Below are positions 9,569-19,264 of a stretch of 64,000 nucleotides of DNA, piece after piece (position 1 is the first letter of the stretch; every line of letters begins with the position of its first letter). The notes beneath the pieces were generated by a model. That model was not told where the DNA came from and did not search any database. It was given only the letters and a program-made list of their open reading frames with translations. A program made the position numbers and the translations under genes. The stretch spans positions 18,726 through 82,725 of IMG/VR virus record IMGVR_UViG_3300030060_002561, one strand, 5' to 3'. This DNA is from a virus (lineage: Duplodnaviria > Caudoviricetes).

Positions 9569-10240
9569 CTAGTAGTCCTTTATCATGGTTAGGACACCTC
9601 TGTAGACCATCTCAGAGTCTGTCTTGGCACTTACTATGTATTTGTAACAAGGAATTCCCTTGTCGTTTAATCTTTGAATGCCATCTCTGAATGCAGAGAA
9701 AATAGGATGCTGTTCTATTGGCCCATCATGTTCATACTTGTCTTTCCACAAGTCATACTTGTTAGCCCATATTCCTACTGCTACTGGATAGTCTGATTCT
9801 CTTTTCTTCTTTCTCTTACCATTGATGTTCCATTCTGTACTGCAAATTGTATCCACTAGGAAAGTCCAACACAGTTGTTGTTCGATATCATAATGCTTGT
9901 CCATGTGTCTATCATCCATCATGAAGATGATGTACTTGACTCTTCGATTCCTCATATCGTTTAACCAGTCATTCCAGTATACCGTCTGTCCACCTACATC
10001 AGCAGTCTTCACAGTATGTGCATCCCCGTCTAGTTTGACGTACTTCCTACTTGCACGTTGCAATCCTTCTGTCCTATGTCGAATATCTGGAACATCACCT
10101 CTCGTTCTCAACTGGTGATTCATAGTGGTCTTACCTGCTCTGGTAGCACCATATATTCCGAAGTTGATTGCATGTACACGTTGGTATAGTTTGTTAAGTC
10201 CCTCGACTATCAATATGGCAAAACCTGCCATTACTGACAA
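9569..10240 (-). CDS. Ras-superfamily small GTPase, Arf/Sar-like
   Basis: All five G boxes are present: G1 GATRAGKT (31-38), G2 T57, G3 DVGGQ (81-85), G4 NKYD (160-163), G5 SAK (204-206). The N-terminus is a hydrophobic/amphipathic helix. Confidence 0.9.
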   Translation of the reverse strand: MSVMAGFAILIVEGLNKLYQRVHAINFGIYGATRAGKTTMNHQLRTRGDVPDIRHRTEGLQRASRKYVKLDGDAHTVKTADVGGQTVYWNDWLNDMRNRRVKYIIFMMDDRHMDKHYDIEQQLCWTFLVDTICSTEWNINGKRKKKRESDYPVAVGIWANKYDLWKDKYEHDGPIEQHPIFSAFRDGIQRLNDKGIPCYKYIVSAKTDSEMVYRGVLTMIKDY

Positions 10241-10244
10241 GATA

Positions 10245-10469
10245 TCACCACAGATGGTCCCAGAAGTCTACTAGGCCATTCCAAGCCATTGATAGGGTGT
10301 TGATTCCATAAACCGCTAGGAGTTGTCCAAGTGCAAAACTACTCAGACAGAAGATTCCGCCCCATAGGTAGAACCTAGCCCTAAGAAACCAGATATCAGC
10401 AGAGTGCGCTCTTTGTAGGTCATATGCAAGGGTTGACTCATCCATTCCAAATAGGATTTCGCTTACCAT
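10245..10469 (-). CDS. Small membrane protein
   Basis: 74 aa with hydrophobic segment FYLWGGIFCLSSFALGQLLAVYGI and a Trp-rich amphipathic C-terminus. Confidence 0.65.
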   Translation of the reverse strand: MVSEILFGMDESTLAYDLQRAHSADIWFLRARFYLWGGIFCLSSFALGQLLAVYGINTLSMAWNGLVDFWDHLW

Positions 10470-10484
10470 ACATATTCCTCACAT

Positions 10485-10892
10485 CTACTGGTTTTCAAGT
10501 GTTAAGAACGCAGGAGTCATTGTCTCTGGTTCTTCGGCCTTCACCGTTGGAAGAGTAGTATCCCCGTAGGGAGTGTAGTTCTGCTGGAAGCGAGCCATCG
10601 ACTCTCGCACTCTTCTCTTGTTTTGCTCTTCTCTTTCCTTCCTACCCCAGTAACCATCAATGGCTCTCCTAAGTAGACCTTCCTCAATCATATCGCTAAG
10701 GAACACATCAAATGCCACTTTGACAACAAGTATCCCACCTACCGTACTAATGCCAAATAAGATGGCATGTGCTTCTGGCCCGTATGGGAAGGATATCCCG
10801 TACTGTGAGTATGCGAATACATTCACACCACACATAGAACCTACGAACAGTATCGCCATAATCATGCGGGTGTCTGTTTCTAGGCTTGGCAT
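10485..10892 (-). CDS. Two-TM membrane protein (holin-like topology)
   Basis: Two hydrophobic segments (MIMAILFVGSMCGVNVFAY; AILFGISTVGGILVVKVAF) followed by a charged tail. Confidence 0.65.
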   Translation of the reverse strand: MPSLETDTRMIMAILFVGSMCGVNVFAYSQYGISFPYGPEAHAILFGISTVGGILVVKVAFDVFLSDMIEEGLLRRAIDGYWGRKEREEQNKRRVRESMARFQQNYTPYGDTTLPTVKAEEPETMTPAFLTLENQ

Positions 10893-10901
10893 ATTTTTTC
10901 C

Positions 10902-11213
10902 TCAACTATAGTTAACGGTGACTGCAACAGTAGCACCTGACGCAGTTACATCTACTAGTATTCCATCTGATAGCAAAGCCCCATGAAAGTCATGCTCTAA
11001 GTTCGTTACTGCGTTTGGTAGGTATATTCTTGCTATCTCGTCAGCACTAACCTTCGTTGTGTCGTGACTGTCATAGATGTTAACTGTCGCAGTAGAACCA
11101 CCATCAGAACTGATATGAATACTGTTTAATCTAACCTTCTGTGGAGACTTACCACCAACTACAACAACGTTGTCTGGACTAACTAACAGTTTGCTAGTTG
11201 CTACTGTGGTCAT
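10902..11213 (-). CDS. Small beta-rich structural protein
   Basis: 103 aa, V/T/S-rich, downstream of the capsid genes. Confidence 0.5.
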   Translation of the reverse strand: MTTVATSKLLVSPDNVVVVGGKSPQKVRLNSIHISSDGGSTATVNIYDSHDTTKVSADEIARIYLPNAVTNLEHDFHGALLSDGILVDVTASGATVAVTVNYS

Positions 11214-11737
11214 CCTTCTGCCTCCAATAGCGCATCAATTAGAATCGACTTCTTACCATCTGCCTTGATTCCTCTCTCATCGAGTAGAGCCTTGAGTTGC
11301 TTGTTGGTGAGTTTCTCTAGATTTGGTGGCAGAGGGGCAAGGACTTCCTTTTCTTCCTTGACTGGCTTCTCCATTTGAGGATGAATCTCTTCCTTAGCCT
11401 CTGGTAGTTTCTCCGGCTTGGGCTTGGCCTTACCACCGAAGAACGACTTGCTCTTTCCGAATATTTTCTCAACCATAGTCGGACCATCATCATCCTCGGT
11501 CAATTTATCATAGTGACCAACTAGATGGCTTCTCTTGTACTTTGACATAGTAGCCAAGTCCTTCTCATCGTTTGAGTCTAGGACTACTGTGTAGTTGTCA
11601 TCTCTAAGAAGCGAACTAGCATACCTCAAGGGTATGTCTACGTCTTGTTTGTATCCTACAACGTATCTGTCAGTACCGAAATTTATTCTCATTGCTCGAC
11701 CATTCAATGGTCTGTTCGTTAGTCTAACCTTAGCCAT
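11210..11737 (-). CDS. Protein with C-terminal SAP/HeH-like DNA-binding motif
   Basis: C-terminus LEKLTNKQLKALLDERGIKADGKKSILIDALL fits a SAP motif. Start reassigned to ATG 11737, which has a GGTGAG RBS; the longer ORF start lies inside a hairpin. Confidence 0.65.
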   Translation of the reverse strand: MAKVRLTNRPLNGRAMRINFGTDRYVVGYKQDVDIPLRYASSLLRDDNYTVVLDSNDEKDLATMSKYKRSHLVGHYDKLTEDDDGPTMVEKIFGKSKSFFGGKAKPKPEKLPEAKEEIHPQMEKPVKEEKEVLAPLPPNLEKLTNKQLKALLDERGIKADGKKSILIDALLEAEG

Positions 11738-11758
11738 ATTCTCACCTAGTAATAGAGG

Positions 11759-11800
11759 GTAGCGACCCCCTTCCTGATGTTCTAGGAAGAGGGCCACTAC
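11759..11800 (-). terminator. 17-bp stem-loop after the capsid/decoration genes (terminator or mRNA stabiliser)
   Basis: Minus strand GTAGTGGCCCTCTTCCT-agaacatc-AGGAAGGGGGTCGCTAC pairs fully only with G-U wobbles on the minus-strand transcript. Confidence 0.6.
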
Positions 11801-11812
11801 TTTATGTTTTAC

Positions 11813-12196
11813 TCAGAGAAGGCCGTAAACTCGACAGCGTACCGCACCGTAATCTGTGGTTCCGGTATGCTCTGCTATCTCGTTACTTACTTCGTGTAGA
11901 ACGTTCAGAACGAACGAGGTCGTAGAAGCAGATGCTCCGCTTCCTGTGTTCGTTGTGTACGAGCCTGTTGACAGTACCTCTGGTACAACTAGTGCAGTAA
12001 ATGTGTCCTGACCAGTCACCATTACTTGGTGTATGGTGCTTAGTCCACAATCTGCGGCATTAACCAGAAGCCCTACAGCATCCGTAGCCGGGTATGCACC
12101 CAAGTCTACTAGGATGTCCACGAAATACTCGTCACCTGATACTCTAGGCGATGTCATTCCCTTGTGGTCTTCAAGTATGGTTACTGCGGTTGCCAT
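11813..12196 (-). CDS. Putative capsid decoration/minor capsid protein
   Basis: 127 aa, directly downstream of the major capsid gene and upstream of the hairpin. Confidence 0.5.
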   Translation of the reverse strand: MATAVTILEDHKGMTSPRVSGDEYFVDILVDLGAYPATDAVGLLVNAADCGLSTIHQVMVTGQDTFTALVVPEVLSTGSYTTNTGSGASASTTSFVLNVLHEVSNEIAEHTGTTDYGAVRCRVYGLL

Positions 12197-12207
12197 TCAC
12201 AACCACC

Positions 12208-13629
12208 TCACGCAGACTTTAGGTTGGTTATCTTACCTTGTCCCTTGAAGAACGAGCAAGCAGTCTCGCCCATGGTTCTGTACAGACCTGTGTTACCAAG
12301 CCTGTCAACACCGAATGGGTTGCCGTTAGCGATACCATCCTCAAAGTATTGAGTAGGCTTCATCACACTCATCCACAGATGGTCTGTGTCCAGAAGAAGG
12401 ATGTCGCTCAATCCGTTGGTAACTGACGAAGCAGTTGTGGATGGCATGTCCTTTGCTGGTATGATGGGTATGTCGTAGTAGGTTGCTACACGGAAACCGA
12501 CTTCAGCACCTTTGGGTCCACGGACACCGTTGTGGGTAGGTACAATCTCCTTCCTGTCCATGAACCTCTCTTGGCTCTGTAGTAGGTCCGAGATGTGCTG
12601 GATAGTATCGTATCCAGTAATCATTACCTTCGGGTTTCCACCGTTCTGCCTTATCTTCCTAATCATGTCGTTAAGGATGGATAGAGTTAGAACCCTAGCA
12701 GATGCGTATGATGTACCGAAGTCAACCTCTGCATCTAGGTAAGTCCTGTCTCCAGTATTGTTTATCACAACATCGTCAACGCTTCCTGCGTCACCACCAT
12801 CGGCGGCAGACGTAACTTCTCTGTCTGTTCCGAAAATCTTCCTTACTGCAAGGGAGATGTCGGTTACACCAGTATCGTTCTCGCTCCTAGCCGTTATGTT
12901 GTCTAGGTACATCTGTCCGATTTCCTCGGCAGATGAGACAATCTTGTGGAGCGAAGTGTAGTTCTCCATAACTCCAGTCTTGTTGCTGTCTGTGATGTCA
13001 TCTCCGTTGACTGCGCCATCGACATCCGAGTATCGCTCTAGTGGCATCAGAAGCATAACGTTCTGAACCTCTGCGTGGTGCTTACCCATGTCCTCTCTAA
13101 CGATAGAACGAATGTCACCTACACCGTCATCAATAGCGGCCATCTCCATACCAACCTCTGAGAACTCAAACTTGTGAGCAATCGTCTTAGGGCTGATGTA
13201 GAGTTTGGTGTACTCTGGAGATAGAGCAGGGATGTCTGCTAGAGCCTCGTTCTCTGTGACTCCACCTAGTCTGTCTGCTCTAGGGGTTGCAGAACCTGCG
13301 GCTCCGCTTCCTACTCCGAAGGCGGCAGAAGCCCCACCGGATGGTCGGCTTCTTAGAACCCTCCAACCAGAGGAAGTGTAAGGTCGCTTTGCCATCATCG
13401 AAAGTGCGTTAACTTCCTGATTCAGCATTGACCAAACCTTCTGTCCGTATAGGACTCCGTATAGGTCGGACAATCCAGTGGCGGCAGTAAAGTCTCTGCC
13501 ACTTGCATCGTGTGGTGTTCCAAATCCTCCGACTACACCTGCGCTCTTTAGTAGTGCATTGCCCTGTGCGCCCCTCATTCCATAGGTTGCGGCTTCAAGG
13601 TCTTTCATTGTCTTAATATATCCAGTCAT
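12208..13629 (-). CDS. Major capsid protein (HK97 fold)
   Basis: 473 aa following the protease/scaffold gene. Segments such as KLYISPKTIAHKFEFSE, YYDIPIIPAKDMP and ILLLDTDHL, plus the terminal GKITNL, are typical of HK97-fold capsids. Confidence 0.85.
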   Translation of the reverse strand: MTGYIKTMKDLEAATYGMRGAQGNALLKSAGVVGGFGTPHDASGRDFTAATGLSDLYGVLYGQKVWSMLNQEVNALSMMAKRPYTSSGWRVLRSRPSGGASAAFGVGSGAAGSATPRADRLGGVTENEALADIPALSPEYTKLYISPKTIAHKFEFSEVGMEMAAIDDGVGDIRSIVREDMGKHHAEVQNVMLLMPLERYSDVDGAVNGDDITDSNKTGVMENYTSLHKIVSSAEEIGQMYLDNITARSENDTGVTDISLAVRKIFGTDREVTSAADGGDAGSVDDVVINNTGDRTYLDAEVDFGTSYASARVLTLSILNDMIRKIRQNGGNPKVMITGYDTIQHISDLLQSQERFMDRKEIVPTHNGVRGPKGAEVGFRVATYYDIPIIPAKDMPSTTASSVTNGLSDILLLDTDHLWMSVMKPTQYFEDGIANGNPFGVDRLGNTGLYRTMGETACSFFKGQGKITNLKSA

Positions 13630-13631
13630 AT

Positions 13632-14858
13632 TTAATCACCCCTCGCTAGGTTGTGTATATCTCCCCATGACAGACCGTGTGCATCCTCAACTGATGTTGG
13701 GAAGTTTTCGGGTAAGTCAAAGGCGACTTCCTGTGCCTTGCGAATTTCTTCATCCTTCTCAGTGAGAGACTTTCTCAACTCAGCAAACTCTGCCTTTAGT
13801 CCAGCAACGTCTGCGCGAGCATCGTACTCGCTTCTCTCTGCGGCGGATTTCTTCAAAGCAAGTTCCTCTTGGAACCTAGCACCGAAGGTTTTGCTTAGGT
13901 TGTCGTAAGCAAGTTTCTCCAATTGCTCTGCTTTGAAAGCCTCGTAAGCCTTCTCTACGTTCTCGGCACTGAGGTCCAAAGTAGAGAAATCAGTCGATTC
14001 TAGACCCTTAGAGACTGTGAGTGGTGGAGGTGTTGCTTTGGGTGAACCACCGCTAACAACTTCCTCTCCCGCCTCACCATGTTCTCTTGTGGTGTCCTCA
14101 TCGAGTGCCTTCTCTTCCTTGTCCTCGTCATCATCCTCTTTGTATGACATGTCGCCCATCAGTTCTTCTTCCATGTCATCGCCTTCATCGGCTTTCATTT
14201 CGGATGTTGCCATCTTTTCATCTTCTTCTTCTTCCTTGTTAAGTTGCTCAACCTGCTTCATTAGGCTGTTCAACTCTTCAAGTGCTTTTTCCAGTTTTTC
14301 ACTCATATTGTTTTTCACCTCCGACTCTTGTTTCAAGATGTCGAATTTCGCTTCCGGGTTGATTCCTTTCTCGCAGATTGTGACTTCATGTAATTCCAAC
14401 TTATCTATTTCGTTGTATTCTCCATACTCGTCAGATGTTCTCTGCTTCTTAGAAATCGCTTGCCCTCCTATACTAAATGACCTAAGTGTTCCTTTTCGGA
14501 TGTTTCTAGAGATTTCCTTCGCTTTTTCTATGTCATCTCTCATTTTGATAACGACATAGAATCCAACGTCATCCACACTTGTTTTGTGTAAGATTCCGTT
14601 TTTATCACGATATTTCTCTACTACCTCCCCGACTTGAACATTTGAATGGTTTGACATTACATTTCTGTACTTCTTCTCTCCCATGTATTTCTTGACTGCT
14701 TCATCCAATGCATCTAGTGTGATAAGGTCGTTTTGCTTGTCAACGATTTCTATTGATGCATATCCTCCTATTACTAATCCGTCAGACTTCAGTATACTAA
14801 ATTCTCTTTCCTCATTTGCCTTTAGTAGCAGTTCTCCTGATGCTAACACTTTCGACAC
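13632..14858 (-). CDS. Prohead maturation protease fused to an acidic scaffold domain
   Basis: GYASIEIVDKQNDLI, MSNH, SFSIGG and LHEVTIC..GINP motifs of HK97-type prohead serine proteases, then an acidic coiled-coil C-terminal half. Confidence 0.85.
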   Translation of the reverse strand: MSKVLASGELLLKANEEREFSILKSDGLVIGGYASIEIVDKQNDLITLDALDEAVKKYMGEKKYRNVMSNHSNVQVGEVVEKYRDKNGILHKTSVDDVGFYVVIKMRDDIEKAKEISRNIRKGTLRSFSIGGQAISKKQRTSDEYGEYNEIDKLELHEVTICEKGINPEAKFDILKQESEVKNNMSEKLEKALEELNSLMKQVEQLNKEEEEDEKMATSEMKADEGDDMEEELMGDMSYKEDDDEDKEEKALDEDTTREHGEAGEEVVSGGSPKATPPPLTVSKGLESTDFSTLDLSAENVEKAYEAFKAEQLEKLAYDNLSKTFGARFQEELALKKSAAERSEYDARADVAGLKAEFAELRKSLTEKDEEIRKAQEVAFDLPENFPTSVEDAHGLSWGDIHNLARGD

Positions 14859-14879
14859 CTTTTTTTCTTTCTATTTAAG

Positions 14880-17474
14880 TTAATCTGATTTTTTAGTTGG
14901 AAATGACAAATCTGCGTATTTATCTTCTGTAATATCCCAGAGTTTTGTATCATCCTTCATATCCAACATCTCTTGTTTCTTACCTGTCCAGACAATCCAA
15001 GTCTTCTTCTCATCTAGAGGTACAACTCTAACGTGGAATCTAGTATCGAACTTGTCACCTTCTAGTTTGTATTCATGGTATCCTTCTTTCTGTACACCTA
15101 GTATTAACTTACCAGAATCTATCTCCTTCTTATGTTGACCTAACCGTTTTCCTACAATAGCAGGGAACTTCCCAGACTTACCAAACAAGTCGTATATGTC
15201 CTCACTGTTTTCTATATCAATCTCCCAGAAGTTTCTCTTGTCATTAACATCCATGATGAAATCCAAGTTGCCATCTTCTCTCAAGATGATGCTAAACGAA
15301 CCTGTTTCTCTTTTTTTTAATTCCTCGACATCCTTCTCTAGTACATCTGGTATGGCAGTAAACTTGTTGGGATGATGATATCTCAGACTATCCTGCTTCT
15401 TCATCCAAGTCATCAGATTCTCATCGCTACTCTGGAAAACCTCTTCGTATGTCTCTGGGAACTCCTTCTTTACGAAATCAACTATCTTAGGAAAGGCAGT
15501 TGGTTTGTTCTTGTATATGTCTATTATCTCATTCTTGATTGCGATTCTTAATTCTGACCTTCTGGTTTTCAACATCCTCTCTAGTTCAGACTTCCACATG
15601 TCTAGATTGTACAATGCGTTCTTCTGCATAAGTGAATCACCTTCAAATCCATATATGGTGAAACCATCAAAGTCGCTCTTCAAGATTATCTCAGCAGTAC
15701 CATGTATGTCATCAGTTATCATATACGACTTCTTTTCATTGGTCTTGTCCTTTATTCCAGTTGTGATATTGAACGGGCTGAGTTGTCGAACCCCAATCAT
15801 AGCATCTGAAGTCAATGATTTCTTGGTCTTGGTAGATAACTTCTCCAATGTGGATAGTTTGTCTGACTGAGTTACTTCTGGTATCTCTATCACTTTAGCA
15901 GAGTAGAGATTGAATCCCTTCTTATTCTTCTTGACTTCATCCACCTTGACTCTAACTATGTCTCCGACACTTACCTTTACCTTGGTGTTGAGTGCCTTAC
16001 CAACTGAAACATATGCCTTGTCATCCATCTCCGTAGTTGTATAAGTCCTAGCCTCTTCCGCAGTAATCGGGCCTACTCCCATAGTGTAAGTATGCATTCC
16101 ATTGTTAGTGGATTTCTTATCTAGTACAATAACATCCAAGTCAACGAACTTTTTCCACTTAATCCACTTCGGATTCTTCTTCTTTGTAATTGGATATGTT
16201 GACTCCATATCCTTGATTACCACTCCCTCCGATGCAGGTAGTTCCATGATATCCTTCGCATACTCTCCTACTTCCTTGATTGAGTCTGCGACTCTGGTAT
16301 CTTTCTTCGATGGGAATGCGAGAGAATCAGATGAGTGTTGACTGAATTGGTATAGAAGGATGTTATGTCTCTCTCTCAATGGTTCATCATGAATGTCCTT
16401 GCCCTCATGTTGCATTATGTCAAACACATGCGCTCTTAGTTCTCCACCTTTCTTGTTCTTGAAAACATGAGCAATGGTAGAAGCCCGATGTAGTGGTTCA
16501 TCATCCTCAAACAGAACCAACTCTCCATCTAGTATACAATCCCCGAACTGCTTCTTCCTTAGTTGCTCGACTTGCTTCTCACATTTGTCAGTAATATCCT
16601 TCTTGTTGTATGAGTATACCTTGATGTTATCCTTCTTCTTGTGAAGTTGTATTCTCATGCCGTCATACTTCTCTTGAACCAACCACTCTCCAGTAAATCC
16701 CTTCAACTCCTTCAAGTCATCTAACTCAAATATCCTGTACATCGGTTTGTTTGGTATGATGAAATCTATTTCCGATTTCTCATCTACACTCTTCTCGTCT
16801 TCGCTCTTCTCTAGGTCTAACTCAACTAGATTGTCCCATTGTTCATCTTCGTATACGCCATTGAACATCTTGTCGAGTCGCTTCAATGCTCCCTTGAACT
16901 TTGACTTGATTCTGCTTTGGTCTTCATCTTCTGCCCCATAGTGTTCTATGATGTAGAGAGGTATGTCATCCATCTCTAAATCCAATCCCATTGCACCTTG
17001 AGTGACATTATCTCCCTCCATGTCGTGTTCTTCCCATATTTTATCGGGAAGTGCATTGGAATGGGAACGTAGTGCATAGTGAATAAATGCAATGAAGAGT
17101 CTGTCACTCTCCAATAGGGTGTTTATCACATCCCCTTCAAACTTCTTGGAGAACGGGTCGCTAACTTTCTTGGACTGGAACCTCATGTCCTTGACGGCTT
17201 CGTATACCTTCTTGGCTTCTAGAGTGGTTGGGTCTTTAGCAGACTTGTCGAATAGAACCTTCTCTTCTAGATACTTCTTCAATTCCTCAGACAGTTTGTT
17301 TAGTGAGTCGAAGTCATCTCTGATTTTATCTATGACTTCGTGCCATTCCTTCTCATACTCTGCTTTGTCCTCTCTGGCTGAAAGATAGGCGTATCGTGTC
17401 TTCTCAAAGAAATCAAGAATTGCTCTAGTCAAATCCTCAGTTTCTTTCTCAAACATCAATCCTGTTTCAACCAC
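14880..17474 (-). CDS. ATP-dependent DNA ligase with N- and C-terminal extensions (head module)
   Basis: Motifs I QEKYDGMR, III ILDGEL, IIIa VFDIM, IV EGVVIK and V WIKWK, plus an OB-fold region; 864 aa. Confidence 0.85.
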   Translation of the reverse strand: MVETGLMFEKETEDLTRAILDFFEKTRYAYLSAREDKAEYEKEWHEVIDKIRDDFDSLNKLSEELKKYLEEKVLFDKSAKDPTTLEAKKVYEAVKDMRFQSKKVSDPFSKKFEGDVINTLLESDRLFIAFIHYALRSHSNALPDKIWEEHDMEGDNVTQGAMGLDLEMDDIPLYIIEHYGAEDEDQSRIKSKFKGALKRLDKMFNGVYEDEQWDNLVELDLEKSEDEKSVDEKSEIDFIIPNKPMYRIFELDDLKELKGFTGEWLVQEKYDGMRIQLHKKKDNIKVYSYNKKDITDKCEKQVEQLRKKQFGDCILDGELVLFEDDEPLHRASTIAHVFKNKKGGELRAHVFDIMQHEGKDIHDEPLRERHNILLYQFSQHSSDSLAFPSKKDTRVADSIKEVGEYAKDIMELPASEGVVIKDMESTYPITKKKNPKWIKWKKFVDLDVIVLDKKSTNNGMHTYTMGVGPITAEEARTYTTTEMDDKAYVSVGKALNTKVKVSVGDIVRVKVDEVKKNKKGFNLYSAKVIEIPEVTQSDKLSTLEKLSTKTKKSLTSDAMIGVRQLSPFNITTGIKDKTNEKKSYMITDDIHGTAEIILKSDFDGFTIYGFEGDSLMQKNALYNLDMWKSELERMLKTRRSELRIAIKNEIIDIYKNKPTAFPKIVDFVKKEFPETYEEVFQSSDENLMTWMKKQDSLRYHHPNKFTAIPDVLEKDVEELKKRETGSFSIILREDGNLDFIMDVNDKRNFWEIDIENSEDIYDLFGKSGKFPAIVGKRLGQHKKEIDSGKLILGVQKEGYHEYKLEGDKFDTRFHVRVVPLDEKKTWIVWTGKKQEMLDMKDDTKLWDITEDKYADLSFPTKKSD

Positions 17475-17486
17475 ACAGAACCCACC

Positions 17487-18284
17487 TTATGCTTGAGTCG
17501 GGGCTGGGCCAGTATTGTCACTCATCCTTCTATTGTGTTCCTCTTGACTATGTTGACGCGCCCTAAGTTTGCTTACTTTTCCTAACCCGCGACATAAATC
17601 ACATGTCTGCATTCCCGGATTCTTACCACCTTTAGCATCACCAAGATACATCTTAACTGGCCGTCCTCCTAAACTTCCACTACCACCGCATTTGGGACAG
17701 GCTACCATTTCACCCATGGTTTTCGGATTCATCGGTTCTTCTATTCTATATTTCAAAAGAGTCTTCCATCCCTCAACTGACTTATCGAGATAGATTTTTT
17801 CTTCTTCTTCCTCATCTTCTTTATCTAATCTCTCATCTATGTCTGCTTCACTTCTAAACTCGCTATCCATCGAAGGTGCGGAACTTAATACTCTAGGACT
17901 ACCCTTGATGTCTCTTAGAATCTCATGCATCTTTTCCTCTAGTTCTCTCTTATCTTTTCCTTGCACTCTTTGTATTGCTTGAGTCAATTCATCTAGAAGT
18001 CCTTCCAACTGTGGGGACAACTTCTCAAGTGAGTCCAGTCCCTTGCCGAAGTATTCCTTGCTTCCGACATGACCGTATCCAGAGTTGATGTCATCCGTGG
18101 ATACCGGGTTGTCTACCTTCTCTTCTGCTGGCTTCTTCTTTGGTCTTTTGACCTTGATTTCCTCTCCTATAAGTGGGTCTTTGTTCTCAATGATTCCTAG
18201 GTGTTCGGCTTCCTGTATGCTTTCCTTTGCTTTGATTATAGCGGTTCTTACCAGCATCTCGTCTTTGCTTACTCTATCTGGCAT
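17487..18284 (-). CDS. Hypothetical protein with DnaJ-type CxxCxGxG zinc finger
   Basis: CPKCGGSG and CDLCRGLG in the C-terminal part, preceded by GWKTLLKY. Confidence 0.6.
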   Translation of the reverse strand: MPDRVSKDEMLVRTAIIKAKESIQEAEHLGIIENKDPLIGEEIKVKRPKKKPAEEKVDNPVSTDDINSGYGHVGSKEYFGKGLDSLEKLSPQLEGLLDELTQAIQRVQGKDKRELEEKMHEILRDIKGSPRVLSSAPSMDSEFRSEADIDERLDKEDEEEEEKIYLDKSVEGWKTLLKYRIEEPMNPKTMGEMVACPKCGGSGSLGGRPVKMYLGDAKGGKNPGMQTCDLCRGLGKVSKLRARQHSQEEHNRRMSDNTGPAPTQA

Positions 18285-18512
18285 CTAACTCATCCTCTCT
18301 ACCATAGTGTGAATGTCATCCCAATCCATCTTCGCAATTGTATCTCCTGTAGGCAACTCTCCACCTTGAGCCATTGCGGGAGTTGGAGTGTCAACCACAA
18401 CCATTCCACTCTTCATCAATAGATTATCCTTGTGATAAACTGCATCTTCTAAATTCTTTACCTTGTTTACTAATTCTTTCAATAGTAGCATCATTTCATT
18501 GTCTTCTGTCAT
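18285..18512 (-). CDS. Hypothetical protein
   Basis: 75 aa in the operon. Its C-terminal MDWDDIHTM resembles the scaffold C-terminus LSWGDIHNL. Confidence 0.55.
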   Translation of the reverse strand: MTEDNEMMLLLKELVNKVKNLEDAVYHKDNLLMKSGMVVVDTPTPAMAQGGELPTGDTIAKMDWDDIHTMVERMS

Positions 18513-18838
18513 TTCTTCCCATCTCCTTTCTTCTTTGGATAAATCATATTTCTAATCTGACCGTAGAGAACCTCGTAGTCCTTCCTTAGTTCTGCGGCAG
18601 AGGCAACTATTTCTAGGTTCTTCTCATCGAACGATTCTATTTTCTTGTTCAGACTCTCATCGCCCTTCATCATATCCAGTGATTTCATCTCTGTAATCAA
18701 GTCACCTAGTTGTGTCATGTCCTTTCCGAAGAACTCAGTAGGTTGAGATGATTGCAATAGTTTCTTGACTCTCTTCTTTTCCTTCGGGTCTAGTTTCTCC
18801 AGTATCGGACTAGCCTTTAGAATAGATTGCCAACTCAT
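18509..18838 (-). CDS. Hypothetical protein with N-terminal MSWQSILKA tag
   Basis: 109-aa helical ORF in the operon. Confidence 0.6.
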   Translation of the reverse strand: MSWQSILKASPILEKLDPKEKKRVKKLLQSSQPTEFFGKDMTQLGDLITEMKSLDMMKGDESLNKKIESFDEKNLEIVASAAELRKDYEVLYGQIRNMIYPKKKGDGKK

Positions 18839-18845
18839 TTTTTAA

Positions 18846-19256
18846 TTACCTCGGTAGATATGGTTGTCCAAAGACCTCTTCCCTTTGTTTGCTTCTTTCC
18901 TCATAAGTTGGTTTAGGTTTGATTTTCTTACGTTCATGTGACATACCTTGCTTTTTGAGTGCTTTCAAATCTTTTATGAATTGAGAAAATGTCTCGTATA
19001 ATTTGTTATTCTGGTCAACATCATACTTGTATGATTCTAGACCAGACATATTCATGTACGGATTGTCATCATAATATCCTTCTTTCTCTTTCCTTTCTAC
19101 ACGTTTTTGCGCCTGTGTTAATACCTTCTTGTACATAGGCTCTATCGAATCTATCATTTCATTTATTGCATTGAAATCTTCCATATCTTTAGGTGCATAC
19201 TCTTCTGCTATCTCTCTTTCAAGAGGTGAAACTTTGATTATATCTTCCCAACTCAT
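18846..19256 (-). CDS. Hypothetical protein with N-terminal MSWEDIIKV tag
   Basis: 136-aa ORF with a GGTGA RBS. Confidence 0.6.
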   Translation of the reverse strand: MSWEDIIKVSPLEREIAEEYAPKDMEDFNAINEMIDSIEPMYKKVLTQAQKRVERKEKEGYYDDNPYMNMSGLESYKYDVDQNNKLYETFSQFIKDLKALKKQGMSHERKKIKPKPTYEERSKQREEVFGQPYLPR

Positions 19257-19264
19257 AACGTCAC

